Part shown: piece by piece, positions 38,362 to 51,706 of the stretch
How the letters are laid out: each line of letters starts with the position of its first letter
Position numbering within the stretch: position 1 is the first letter of the stretch
Origin: the human T2T-CHM13v2.0 reference genome, Homo sapiens
DNA length: 64,000 nt
Strand: one strand, 5' to 3'
NCBI RefSeq assembly: GCF_009914755.1
Contig: NC_060933.1
Program-made: the position numbers and the translations under genes
Notes under the pieces: generated by a model
Databases searched by the model: none
What the model saw: only the letters and a program-made list of their open reading frames with translations
Told to the model about the DNA's origin: nothing

Positions 38362-41090
38362 TGTAGTCTGGTCCCTTTCTAAATATATTTTAAAAAACCT
38401 TTTAGATAACTGCCACACTCTAGCCAAATACCACAGAAAAATCTGGTTCCACCCTGTCCCCACCAGCAAAGGCAGGTGGGAACATACACTTCCACCTTCA
38501 TCAGGTTGTAACAAGGACATTTCTTTCTAGCTGTATCAAGTCATCTCTAGTTCTTCCTAGTTGGGTCGTATCAGAAGAGGCCAAGTGAATAGTTAGGCCA
38601 CTAGCCACCACCCAATGATAGGCAAGGCCACACCACAGTGATATCAGTGGATGTCATATGGGGAACAATATCAAGGAAATACTACCCTTTCCAGACAAGG
38701 CAGTTTTATCAGAGGCCTATAGGGAGCCAGTATTCCTACACTCACCAAGCAGTAATGAGAAGCCCTTCCTTCCTCTGGTGTCAACAGTGACCAAGTGTAG
38801 AACATTGACTTCCACCCTCTATCCCAACCTGACATTAATGAGGCAGTATTCCTCTTTACTCCGCCATAGCAGTATCAGAGGAAGTCAAGTGAAACTGAAG
38901 TTCAAATAACATCCAAAGTCTTGTAACTTAATACCTAAAATGGTCATTTTTAAACAGAAAATCACTCATCATACAATGAACAAAGAAAATGTCAAATTAA
39001 ATGACAAAAGACAAAAAATGGACACTAACTCGGAGAGTACAGAGGTTAGTACCACCTGATAAATATTTTAAAGCAGCCATCCTAAAAGTGTTTCTGAAAT
39101 CAATTACAAAGATAATTGACAAAAATCTAAAATCTCAATAAAGAAATAGAAAATATAAAGAAAAACCAAATTAAGAATTAAGAGATAAAAATACAACAAA
39201 ATAAACAAATTCACTGTGAGAGCCCAATAACATAATACGGGACAAAAAAGGAACAATCAGTGAACTTGAAGAAACAATAGAAATTATTCAATCTGAACAA
39301 CAGAGTGAAAAATAGACTGGAAATGAAATAAACAGGCACTCAAGGACCTGTAGGATCACAGTGGAAGATCTAACTACAAATCAAAAGAGCCCTGGAAGAA
39401 GAGAAAAGGTAGGCATGAAAAATTTTGAAAAATAATGGTTGAAGACTTTTCAAATTTGGCTAGAGAGATAAATCAACAGCATCAACAAGCTGAGTGAACT
39501 TAAGACAAGATAAACCCAGAGTATCTACATAAAGGCATATCACAGTCAAACTTCAGAAGACTAAAGAAGATAACAAAAATATATCAAAAATAGCAAGAGA
39601 AAAATGCTACCTATATAGGAAAATAATTTTAATAATAGACATCTGATAAAAATAATGAAGGTCAAAAGTTAGTGGCACAATATTTTTCAAGAGCTGAAGG
39701 GAAAGAATTGCCAACTCAGATTTCTGTAGGCAATGAAAATAGCTTTCAGAAATGAAGGGGAAATGATAACATTCTCAAATAAAGAAAACCTAAAAGAATT
39801 TGTCCCCAGCCAGTATACCTTAACAGAATTTTCAAAGGGAGTTATCTAAACACAAACAAAATAATAAAAGGATTTTTGTAGTATCAGCAATGAATAAAAA
39901 GCAAGAACAGAGTAAAAATGTGGGTCGATACAATATATTTTACTTTTCCCTTCAGTTTTCTAAATTATGTATAATAGTTGAAGCAAAAATTAGAGCATTC
40001 TGTGTTGTGGGTAAATATATGGTTCTAAATAAATGTGGAGGATATATTTGAAATGATTATAAAGAGGGGAATTAAAGGGATTTAAAGAGAATTAAAATTT
40101 TATACTTGAACTGATAAATTGCTGACACTCATGGATTCTGGTAAGTTATGTATAATACCTAGAGCAATCAAAAAAATAAGAAGGTATGCAAAGATATATA
40201 CTCAAAACACTGCAGATAAACCGCAATAGAGTTCTAAAAAATGTCCATGTTATTCACAGTAAGACAGAAAGAAAGAGAAAAATAAAAACAAAGAGAACAG
40301 GGAATACAAAATTAAGTGGAAGAATTAATCCCAAACATAACAATAATTACATTAAACATAAATAGTTTAATTACATCACTTAAAAGGCAGATATTAGGAG
40401 AGTGAATTAAAAAGCAAATATGACTCGAATATAAGAATCTCACTTCATATAAAATGATATAGGTAGGTTAAAGTAAATAAATAGAAAAATATATATCCTA
40501 CAAACATTAATAAAATCAAGCAGAAAAAAGTCAACTTTACTACTTCATCTGATATGAATATAGCCTAAAATGGGTAATAGTCTGGGTCATAAAACAAACC
40601 TCAAGAACTTTAAAGAGTTGAAGTCTCTAGGGAGTACTTAGTGAACTGAATAAAAAGTACAATACAACACAGCAAGAGAATTATGACACAGCTAAAGCTG
40701 TGCTGAGAAAAAAATTATGTCATTCAATGATTACATTAGAAAAGAGGACATCTCATGTCAATAATCTAATGTCTTACCCTAAGAATCCAGAAAAAAATAA
40801 AAAATACATACCAACCTAGAGAAGAAATAAGAGAACAATTATTGGAGTACAAATTAATAAAACTGAAAACAGAAAAGTCAATACAATCAAAAATTATTTC
40901 TTTGAAAAGATCAATAAAATTAAAAAATACATAAAAAGATTTGACAAAAATAAAAGAGAGAAAATACACAAATTACCAACATTAGGAACAAAATAAGGAT
41001 TATCTCTACAGACCTTATAGACATCAAAATTATAAGAAAATACTATGCACGACTTTGTACACAAAAGTTTGAATCTTGGATAAAATGAAC

Positions 41091-41394
41091 TTTTTTTTTT
41101 TTTCTTTGAGACAGGGTAGGGTCTCACTCTGTCATCTGGGCTGGAGCAGAGTTGCAGGACCTCAGTTCGCTGAAACCTCTGTCTCCAGGGCTCAAGTGAT
41201 CCTACCACCTCAAGCCTTCTGGGTAGCTGGGACTACATGCTACCAAGCCTGGCTAATTTTTATTTTTTGTAGAGACAAGGACTCGCTATGTTATATGTTA
41301 CCAAGGCTGGTGTTGAACTCCTGGGCTCAAGCCATCAGCCTGCCTTGGCCTCCCAAAGTGCCGGGACTACAGGCATAAGTCACTGTTTCTGGCC
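41091..41394 (-). mobile_element. AluJ
   Basis: Poly(T), gggctcaagtgatcct, gaactcctgggctcaag, ggcctcccaaagtg. Confidence 0.9.
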
Positions 41395-41407
41395 TAATTT
41401 TTTAAAT

Positions 41408-41414
41408 ACACACA

Positions 41415-41452
<38 letters not shown>
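41408..41452. repeat. (CA)n microsatellite
   Basis: About 22 CA units with one interruption. Confidence 0.95.
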
Positions 41453-41460
<8 letters not shown>

Positions 41461-44400
41461 TAACTTACCCCAAATAAAATGCTATTTGAATAGTCCTATA
41501 ATTATTAAAGAAATAAAATTAATAATTTAAAACATGCCAAAAAAGAAAACTTCATGCCAAATGGTCTTACTAGAGAGTTATACCAAGCTATCAAAGAAAA
41601 ATTAATATTAATTCAATGCAACCATAGGGACAGTGGCATCAGCAGGATGACAGACTAGGAGGTACCAACTCGCAGCTCTTTCGCCAAACAATGAATAAAC
41701 AACTACATACAAACAAAAATAGCTCTGGGAAATGTTCACGCTACAACCAAGAAGCTCAGAAATCTTGTGGAGCACAAGAACTTAGGATGGCCACACAGAA
41801 AAGAGTAAAAGCATCTGTTGCATCATCCCATGCTTCATTCCAGAGAGCTCAAAACTGAGAGAAATTTCTCCAAAGGGGTTTTCCCTGAAGGAAAATAAAA
41901 GAGAGCGGGTGAACCCCAGCAATCTTTCTCGCTGCTACAGTCATCTGCAGCTTTAGCCACCAAGGACCTCTGCAGTCTTTCCCAATGCTGAGGCCAGCTG
42001 ACAGAGCTGTCCAAAATCCATGCTGGAGTGTTCTCTCAATAGAAAGAGCCACAGGAGTACCTGTGTCTTGGATCCCTGTGCATTCCCACTCCATGGAGGA
42101 CAGTATAATAGACATGATACAAAGAGAATTCTCCCTGGCCAGAACTTCCCCCACTGGGGAAAAAGACAAGTGCTAGGACCACAGTAGACTTTACCACCAA
42201 GGATACTAACAGCCCTAGTAGCCACCACTGCCACAGACACTCATAGCCTTAGTTTCTGAATATTCCTACAGTCTTTACCAATGTTGACCTCAGCTGACAG
42301 AGTTTCGCAGAGACCACACTGTTGTGCTCTTTCAGAATTGGAAATGCAGCACCCCAACCAGGCAATGCCCTTGCAACTGCCTGCAGGTGAAGTCTTTCTC
42401 CATTGAAACCAGTTTGATAGGCTGGAAGAAGTGACTACTCCCTCAAATGCACAGACATCAATGCAAGGCTACAAGAAACACAAAAGTGGAAGAAAACATG
42501 ATCGCACCAAAGAAACACAACAATTTTCCAAAAACCGACCTAAAAGATGTAAAGATCAAAGAGTTACCCCCCTCCCCAATTTAAAATAATCATTTAAAAC
42601 TATCTCAGTGAGATATAAGAGAACACTAATAAACAACTCAAGGAACTCATGAAAGCACTACAGGAACGAAATGCAAAGTTCAACAAAGAAATACAAATCA
42701 TAAAAAGAAAGAACCAAATATAAATTCTGGAGTTGCAGTGTACAATAAATGAAATGAATATTCAATAAAGAACTTCAATAGATGACTCAATCAGGCAGAA
42801 GAAAGAATCTGTGAAACTTTAAGACAGATGTTTTGAAATTATCCCGTCAGAGGAGAAAATCAAGAATTTTGAAAAAAGAACGAAGAAAGTCTACAGAAGT
42901 TATGGGATACCATTAAGTGAATCAATACAGGTACTACTGAAATCCAGAAGAAAATATAGAGAAAGGAACAGAAAGCTTATTTAAAGAAATAATGGCTGAA
43001 GAGTGTCCAAATCTTGGGAAAGATGAAAATATCCACATTCATGAAGTTTAAAGTTCCAAAACAGATTCACTCTAAAGAGGGCTTCACTGAGACACACGAT
43101 AATTAAATTTTCAAAAATCAAAGAAAAAGACAATTTTGTAAACAGTAAGCAAAAATTAACAGGTCACATGCAAGGTAACCTACATAAGGCTATTAGCACA
43201 TTTATCAGCAGAAACCTTTCAGGCCAGGACAGAGTGAGGTGATACATTGAAAGAGCTGAAAGAAAAAACTGCTAAGCAAGAATACTTTATCTGGCAAAGG
43301 TGTCCTTCAGAAATGAAGGAAAGATAAAGATTTTTTCAGACAAATAAAAGCTGAAGGAGGTCATCACCACTAAACCTGCTTACAGAAAATGCTAAAGGGA
43401 GTTAGTTATTCAAGTCAAAATGAAAGGGTGTTAATTAGTAACATAAAATCATGTTATATGAAAGCATTAATTTCACTGGTAAAGGTGGATATATACTCAA
43501 ATACAGAGTACTCTACTATTGTAATAGTGGTCTGTAATCCACCTTTAACTATCTCATATAAAGGTTAAAAGACAAAAGAGCCCAAAAGAGCCACAGCTAC
43601 AGTATTTTCTCAATGGATATACAATACGAAAAGATTTAAACTGTGACATCAACAATATTAAATGTGTGGAAGGGTATGAGTAAAAGTGTAGAACTTTGTA
43701 TGTGATTAAATTTAAGATGTTATCAACTTAAAGTAGAATGTTACAACTATAACATATTTTATTTAAGCCTTTTTTAAGGTTACTACAAAGTAAAACCCTA
43801 TAACTGATATAGAAAATATGAAAAGTAAAGAATTAAAACATACCATTACAAAACATCATCAAAAGGGAAGACAGCAAGAGAAAAAGAAGGGAACAAAAGA
43901 ATTATTAAAAAGTCAGAAAAAAATTAACAAAATAGCAATTAATAATAACATTTAAGTAAATTAATTAAATTCTCCAACCAAAATACATACAGTGGCAGAA
44001 TGAATTTTTTTTATTTTTAAGGAGTCAACTGGGGCAGCAGGGCCAAGATGGCAGACTAGAAGCAGCGGTGATCTGAGGCTCCCATGGAAAAGATCCAAAA
44101 CAGTGTGTGAATCCTGCACCAGCAACCGAGGTATGCAGGTTCTGTCATTAGGACTGAGTAGGTGGCTGGCATGACCCAGGGAGAAGAAGGAAGAGCAGTG
44201 TCATGTGGCAGCCCACCTGAGAGCCACAAAGGTCAGGGGAGCCCCCAACCCCAGACAAGGGAGGCAGTGAGTGAGCATGCTACCAAGCCTGGGAAACCAT
44301 GCTTTTCCCACGGAATTGTGCAATCCAAGATCGGAAGATCCCACTCGTAAGCCCACGCCACCAGGGCCTTAAGTCCCAACCACGAAGCCCTGCAGATTCT

Positions 44401-45440
44401 CACTCAGCTAGAATTGGCCTAAGCCAGTTGAGTTCCCAGGGGGAGGAGCGGCCATCACCACTGCTGCGGCTGCCTGCTGTCTAAGCCTTCTGAGCTCCTT
44501 GGGGGAGGTGCAGCAGCAAACATTGAGGCTGCAGGGCCTCCCTGCAGGAACTGTAACTCCAGCCAAGGGCTCAGGGATAGAACTGTGATCTCCCTGGGCC
44601 TGAGCCACTATAGGGAGGGGTGGCCATAGTCTCCATGGACCAGCAGACTTAGTCTTTCCTCCTGGTAGCTCTGAGGAATCTGGGCAGCCCAGATGAGGGG
44701 GTTTCCCCTCAGTGCAGCCAGCACACCCCCTCCACCAAGGGGCAGCCAAAGTTCTTCATTAAATGGGTCCTGCTTCCCATGCCACCCAACTGGGTGAGAC
44801 CCCTCAACAGGGGTTGTCAGACATCCTATATAGGAGCGTCCCTACTGGCATCAGATCAGTGACCCTTGAGGTCAGAGGTATGAGAGGAAAGAGCAGTCAC
44901 CCATCTTTGCTCTTCTCCAACCTCCTCGAGTGACATCTCCAGGCGTGGAAGTGAACCAGATGAATAGGGCCTGAAGTGAACCCACAGCAAACCACAGCAG
45001 CCCCAGAGAAGAGGGACTTGACTATTGAAATAAAAAGAAACAGAAAGCAACAGCAACAGCATCAACGAAAAATGTACCCATGAAAACCTCATCCAAAAGT
45101 CAGCAGCCTCAAAGATCAAAACTAGACAAATTCATGAAGATGAGAAAGAGTCAATGAAAAAACACTGAAAACCCAAAAGGCCAGAGTGCCTGTTCTCCTA
45201 CAAATGTTTGCAACCCTTCTCCAACAAGGGCAGAACTAGACGGAGGATGAGATGGATGAACTGACAGACGTAGGCTTCAGAAGGTGGGCAATAACAAATT
45301 TTGCTGAGGTAAAGGAGCATGTTCTAACCTAATGCAAAGAAACTAAGAACCTTGATAAAAGGTTACAGGAGTTGCTGACTAGAATAACGGTTTAGAAAGG
45401 AACAGAAATGACCTGATGAAGCTGAAAAATGCAGCATAAG

Positions 45441-45521
45441 AACTTTATGAAGCATACACAAGTATCAATAACTGAATCAGATAACTTCATGAAGCATACA
45501 CAAGTATCAATAGCTGAATCA
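45441..45521. repeat. 42-bp-period tandem duplication within L1 ORF1
   Basis: aactttatgaagcatacacaagtatcaataactgaatca / aacttcatgaagcatacacaagtatcaatagctgaatca. Confidence 0.92.
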
Positions 45522-45941
45522 ATCAGGTAGAAGAAAGAATATCAGAGATGGAAGACTGTCTTGCTGAAATAAGGCAGGCAGACAAGATTAGAGAAAACAG
45601 AATGAAAACGAATGAACAAAACCTCCAAGAAATATGTGACTATATAAAAAGACTGATTGGAGTACCTGAAAGAGATGGGGAGAATAGAACCAAGTTGGAA
45701 AACACACTTCAGGATATTAACTTCCCCAACATAGGAAGACAGACCAACATTCAAATTCAGGAAATACAGAGAACCCCACTAAGATACTCCATGAGAGATC
45801 AACCCAAAGACACATGATCATCAGTTCACCAAAGTCAAAATGAAGGAAAAAATATTAAAGGCAGCCAGAGAGAAAGGCCAGGTCACCTACAAAGGGAAGC
45901 CCATCAGACTAACAGTGGATCTCTCAGCAAAAACCCAACAA

Positions 45942-46239
45942 ATTGCTACTGGAATTTCTCCAGGATCACAATAATATTTAGTCATGTGTTTCTGAGAAAT
46001 AATTTAATTCCCTAAACAAAAATAGGTGGAATTTATCTCAGAAGTTTCCTCCTTTCTATCATTCAAAACTATGGAATAACACTGTTTATTACTTGTTAAA
46101 ATCTTTATAGGAGACTGTGAAATTTGTATATTTTCCATATGGGATTCGTTGCGGTATGTTTTTTAAAAGCTTTCCATTTGTAAAAGTTTTGACCAATAAA
46201 TGTGTTTTTATGCCTGAAAAAAAAAAAAAAAAAAAAAAA
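45942..46239 (+). pseudogene. Retroposed non-repeat polyadenylated RNA 3' end (5'-truncated processed pseudogene or orphan 3' transduction); source unidentified
   Basis: ~275 bp non-L1 sequence, AATAAA at 46195-46200, pure A23 at 46217-46239. Perfect TSD aaaaacccaacaa at 45929-45941 and 46235-46247; L1 ORF1 is continuous across it. Confidence 0.9.
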
Positions 46240-49200
46240 CCCAACAAGCCAGAAAAGAGTGGAGGCCAATCATCAACATTTTTAAATAAAATCATTTTCA
46301 GCCCAGAATTTTGTATCTGGCCAAACTAAGCCTCATAAGCAAAGGAGAAATAAAATCATTTTCAGACAAGCAAATGCTGAGGGAATTCATCACTACCAGG
46401 CCTACCTTGCAAGAGCTACTGAAGGCAGTACTAAATATGGAAAGGGAAAACTGGTACCACCACAGCAAAACACACAAAAATATAAAGACCAATGACACTA
46501 TGAAGAAATGGCATTAACTAGTGTGCAAAATCATGATATAACATCATGTTGACAGGGTCAAATTCACACATAATAATAGTATCCTTAAATGTAAATAGGC
46601 TAAATGTCCCAATTAAAAGAGACAGACTGGCAAATTGGATAGAGTCAAGATCCACTGATGTGCTGTATTCAAGAGATCCATCTCATGTGCACAGACATAC
46701 ATAGGCTCAAAATAAAGGGATGGAGGAAAATTTATTAAGCAAAGGGAAAGAAAAAAAAACAAAGGTTGCAATCCTAGACTCTGAAAAAAGAGCCTTTAAA
46801 CCAACAAAGATCAAAAAAGACAAAAAAGAGCATTACACAGGTAAAAGGATCAATTCAACAAGAAGATCTAACTATCCTAAATATGTAAGCACCCAATACA
46901 GGAGCACCCAGATTCATAAAGCAAGTTTTAGAGACTTACAAAGAGACTTAGATTCCCACGCAGTAATAGTGGGAGACTTTAACACCCCACTGTTAATACT
47001 AGACAGATCAACAAGACAGAAAATTAACAAGGATATTGAGGACTTGAACTTAGCTCTGGATCAAGTAGACTTAACAGATATCTACAGAACTCTCCACCCC
47101 AAAACAACAGAATATACATTTTTCTCAGTGTCACATGACACTTACTTTAAAATCGACCACATAATTAGAAGTGAAACACACCTCAGCAAATGCAAAAGAA
47201 CTGAAATCATAAAAAACAGTCTCTCAGACCACAGTGCAAACAAATTAGAATCCGGATTAAGAATCTCACGCAAAACTACACAACTATATGGAAATTGAAC
47301 AACCTGGTCCTGAATGGCTCCTAGGTAAATAATGAAATTAAGGAAGAAATCAAAAAGTTCTTTGAAACCAATGAAAACAAAGAAACAATGTACAAGAATC
47401 TCTGGGATTCAGCTAAAGCAGTGTTAAGGGGGAAACTTATAGCACTAAATGCCCACATCAGAAAGCTAGAAAGATCTCAAATAGACACCTTAACATCACA
47501 ATTAAAAGAACGAGAGAAGCAAGAGCAAACAAATCCAAAAGCTAGCAGAAACAAGAAATAACTAAGATCAGAGCAGAACTGAAGGAGATAGAGACACACA
47601 AAACCCTTCAAAAAATCAATGAATCTAGGAGCTGTTTTTTTGAAAAAATTAATAAAATAGGCCACTAGCCAGACTAAAAAAGAAGAAAAGAGAGAAGAAT
47701 CAAATAGACACAATAAGAAATGATAAAGAGGATATCACCACAGATCCCACAGAAATACAACTACCATCAGAGAAGACTATAAACACCTCGACACAAATAA
47801 ACTAGACAATCAGGAAGAAATGGATAAATTCCTGGACACATACAACCTCCCAAGACTAAACCAGAAGAAAGTCAAATCCCTGAGTAGCCCAATAACAAGT
47901 TCTGAAATTGAGGCAGTGATAAATAGCCTACCAACCAAAAAAGGCTCAGGACCAGACAGATCCACAGCCAAATTCTACCAGAGGTAGAAGGAGGAGCTGG
48001 TACCATTGCTTCACAACTATTTCAAACAATTGAAAAGGAGGAACTCCTCCTTAACTCATTTTATGATGCCAGCATTACCCTGATACCAAAACCTCACAGA
48101 AACACAACAAAAAAATAAAACTTCAGACCAATATCCCTGATGAACTTTGATGCAAAAGTCCTCAATAAAATACTGGCAAACCGAATCCAGCAGCACATCA
48201 AAAAGCTCATCCACCACGATCAAGTCGGTTTCATCGCTGGGATGCAAGGCTGGTTCAACATATGCAAATCAATACATGTGATACATCACATAAAGAGAAC
48301 CAATGACTAAAACCATATGATTATCTCAATAGATGCAGCAAAGGCCTTTGAGAAAATTCAACATCACTTCTTGTTAAAAACTCTCAATAAACTAGGTATT
48401 GATGGAACATATCTCAAAATAATAAGAGCTATTTATGATAAACCCACAGTAAATACCCTACTGAATGAGCAAAAGCTGGAAGCATTCCCTTTGAAAACCA
48501 GCACAGAACAAGGAGGCCCTCTTTCACCACTTCTATTCAACAGAGTGTTGGAAGTCCTGGCCAGGGCAATCAGGCAACAGAAAGAAATAAAGGGTATTCA
48601 AAGAAGAAGATAGGAAGTCAAACTGTCTCTGTTTGCAGACAACATGATACTATATTTAGAAAACCTCATTGTCTCAGCCCCAAAACTCCTTAAGCTGATG
48701 AGCAACTTCAGCAAAGTCTCAGGATACAAAATAAATGTGCAAAATTCACAAGCACTTCTATATACCAACAATAGACAAGCAGAAAGCCAAATCATGAATG
48801 AACTCCCATTCACAATTGTTACAAAGAGAATAAAATACCTAGGAATACAGCTAACAAGGGACATGAAGAACCTCTTCAAGGAGAGCTGCAAACCACTGCT
48901 AAAGGAAATAAGAGAGGAAACAGACAAATGGAAAAACATCCCATCCTCTTGGATACAAAGAATCAATATCATGAAAATGGCCATACTGCCCAAAGTAATT
49001 TATAGATTAAATGCTATTCCCATAAAACTACCATAGACATTCTTCAAAGAATTAGAGAAAACTACTTTAAAATTTATATGGAACCAAAAAAGAGCCCACA
49101 GAGCCAAGACAATCCTAAGGAAAAAGAAGAAACCTGGAGGCACCATGTGATCTGACTTCAAACTGTACTACAAGGCTACAGTAACCAAAACAGCATAATA

Positions 49201-51409
49201 CTGGTACCAAAAACAGACATATGGACCAATGGAACAGAATAGAGACCTCAGACATAAGACCACACACTTACAACTATCTGATCTTTGAAAATCCTGACAA
49301 AAGCAACCAATGGGGAAAGGATTCCTTATTTAATAAATGGTGCTGGGAGAACTGGCTAGCCATACGGAGAAAACTGAAACTGGACCCCTCTTTATACCTT
49401 ATACAAAAATTAACTCAAGATGGATTAAAGACTTAAATGTAAAATTGAAAACTATAAAAACCCTAGAAGAAAACTTAGACAATACCATTCAGGACACAGG
49501 CATGGCAAAGATTTTATGATGAAATTGCCAAAAGCAATTACAACAAAAGCTAAAATTGACAAATGAAATCTCATTAAACTAAAGAGTTTCTGCACAGCAA
49601 AAGAAACTATCATCAGAGTGAACAGGCAACCTACAGAATAGCAGAACATTTTTGCAATCTACCCATCTGACAAGTCTAATATCTGGAATTTACAAGGAAC
49701 TTAAAGAAATGTACAAAAAAAAAAACCAAACAACCCCACCAAAAAGTGGGCAAAGGATATGAATGGACACTTCTTAAAAGGAGACATTTATGTGGCCAAC
49801 AAACTTATGAAAAAAAGCTCAACATCAGTGATCATTAGAGAAATGCAAATTGAAACCACAATGAGATACCATCTCATGCCAGTCAGAATGGCGATTATTA
49901 AAAAGTCAAGAAACAATAGATGCTGGCGAGGCTGTGGAGAAATGGGAACACTACACTGTTTGTGGGAAAGTAAATTTGTTCAACCATTGTGGAAGACAGT
50001 GTGGCTATTCCTCAAGGATCTAGAACCAGAAATACTATTTGACCCAGCAATCCCAATCACTGGGATTCCTTGGGATAACCAAAGGAATATAAATAATTCT
50101 ATTATAAAGACACATGCACACGTATATTTATTGCAGCACTATTCACAATAGCAAAGACACGGAATCAACCCAAATGTCCATCGATGGTAGACTGGATTAA
50201 AAAAAAATGAGGCACATATACACCATGGAAATCTACGCAGCCATAAAAAGGAATGAGATCATGTCCTTTGCAGAGGCACAGATTAAGCTGGAAGCCATCA
50301 TCCTCAGCTAACTAACACAGGAACAGAAAACCAAACACCACATGTTCTCACTCATAAGTGGGAGTTGAACAATGAGAACACATGGACACAGGGATGGGAA
50401 CAACACACATCGGGGCCCCTTGGTAGGCAGGAACGAGGGGAGGGAGATCATCAGGACAAACAGCTAATGCACGCAGTGCTTAAAACCTAGGTGACAGGTT
50501 GATAGGTGCAAACCACCATGGCACACATTTACCTACATAACAGTCCTGCACTTTCTGCACGTGTATAGATTCAATGCTATTCCAGAACTTAAAGTAAAAA
50601 AAAAAAGAAAAAAGAAAAAGCCAACTCTATGCTGCCTATAAAGGATTTACCTTAGCTTCAAAAACAGTAATGGGCTGAAAGTGAAAGGATGGAAATATAC
50701 ATTTCATACAAGTAGAAAACAAAAGAGAGAAGGGGGTATATAAACTTATGTCAGATAAAATAGAAGTCAGTCAAAAAGTGTACCAAGAGAAAAAGAAGAT
50801 TACTCCATAAGGATAAATGGGTCAATCTATCAAGAAGACATAATAATTATAAATATATACGCACCCCAAAATGGAGTGCCTAAATATATGAAGCAGAAGA
50901 GAGATATAGCAACATGATAATAGTAGGGGACTTCAATACTCCACTTTCAACAGTGGTTACATCGTCCAGACAAAAAGTCAGAAAAAGAAACATTAGATTT
51001 GAACTGTAATTTAAATCAGATGGACCTAACAGACAAATATTAAATATTTCTTCTAACAGCAGCCACATGCATATTCTTCTCAAGCACACATGAAATACTC
51101 TAGGATAGGTCATACTTTAGGCCACTAAGCAAGTCATAACAAATGTAGTAAGATGAAAATTGTATCAAACATCTTTTCTATCCACTAAGCTTTGAAAGTA
51201 GAAATCAGTAACAAGAGGAAAATTTACAAATATGTGGAACTTAAAGAATACACTCCTGCACAAGCAACAGACAAAAGAAAAATATCAAACAGGAAATGAA
51301 AAAGTATATTGAGTCAAATGAAAATGGAAATGCAATATACCAAAATGTGTGAGATGCAGCAAAAGCAGTTCTAAGAGGGAGGTTTATACCTCAAGAAACT
51401 AGAAAAAGA

Positions 51410-51450
51410 ACAAACTAAGCCCAAACAAACTAAGCCCAAAGTTAGCCCAA
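51410..51450. repeat. 15-bp tandem duplication in L1 ORF2 remnant
   Basis: caaactaagcccaaa caaactaagcccaaa gttagcccaaa. Confidence 0.8.
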
Positions 51451-51706
51451 ACTTCTTTCCCAAAGGAAAAAAATAATAAATATTAGAGCAGAAATAAATG
51501 AAATCGCGAATAGAAAAAGATAAACAGAACTAAGAGTTTGCTTTCTGGAAAGCTAAAAATGGATAAAATATTAGCTAAAGAAAAAAGCTATGTCTCAAGT
51601 AAAGTATAAATGAAAGTGGAGACACTACAAATAATACTACGGAAATGCAAAGGATCATAAAAGACTACTATGAGCAATTTTATGCCAACAAATTGAATAA
51701 CGTAGC

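Larger units (their letters stand above)
38182..41615 (+). mobile_element. Old L1M (L1MC/MD-type): 5'UTR part, ORF1 and early ORF2 remnants
   Basis: A-rich L1 sense motifs (atcagtgaacttgaaga, caaatttggc, aaatgaaggggaaat, ttctttgaaaagatcaataaaatt); heavily decayed. Confidence 0.8.
44031..50614 (+). mobile_element. Full-length L1PA (L1PA10-13 age), inactive
   Basis: 5' ggccaagatggcagactagaagcagc; ORF1 from 45140; ORF2 ~46546-50368 in broken frames (EN ...IVGDFNTPL, RT ...[12 protein letters not shown]-terminal CWRGC); 3'UTR and poly(A). Decayed TSD aaggagtcaact / aaaaagccaact. Confidence 0.96.
41626..51706 (+). mobile_element. L1MA/L1M1-type element (5'UTR, ORF1, spacer, ORF2 5' part), split at 44030/50615 by a younger L1PA
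   Basis: 5' end cagcaggatgacagactaggagg; ORF1 remnants 42490-43430. ORF2 start region breaks at agtggcagaatga and resumes at ccaactctatgctgccta (50621); homology ends near 51706. Confidence 0.82.

Noticed and set aside
45140-50368. Retrotransposition-competent L1
   Set aside because: ORF1 and ORF2 are broken by many stops and frameshifts, and ORF1 is interrupted by the retro-insert.
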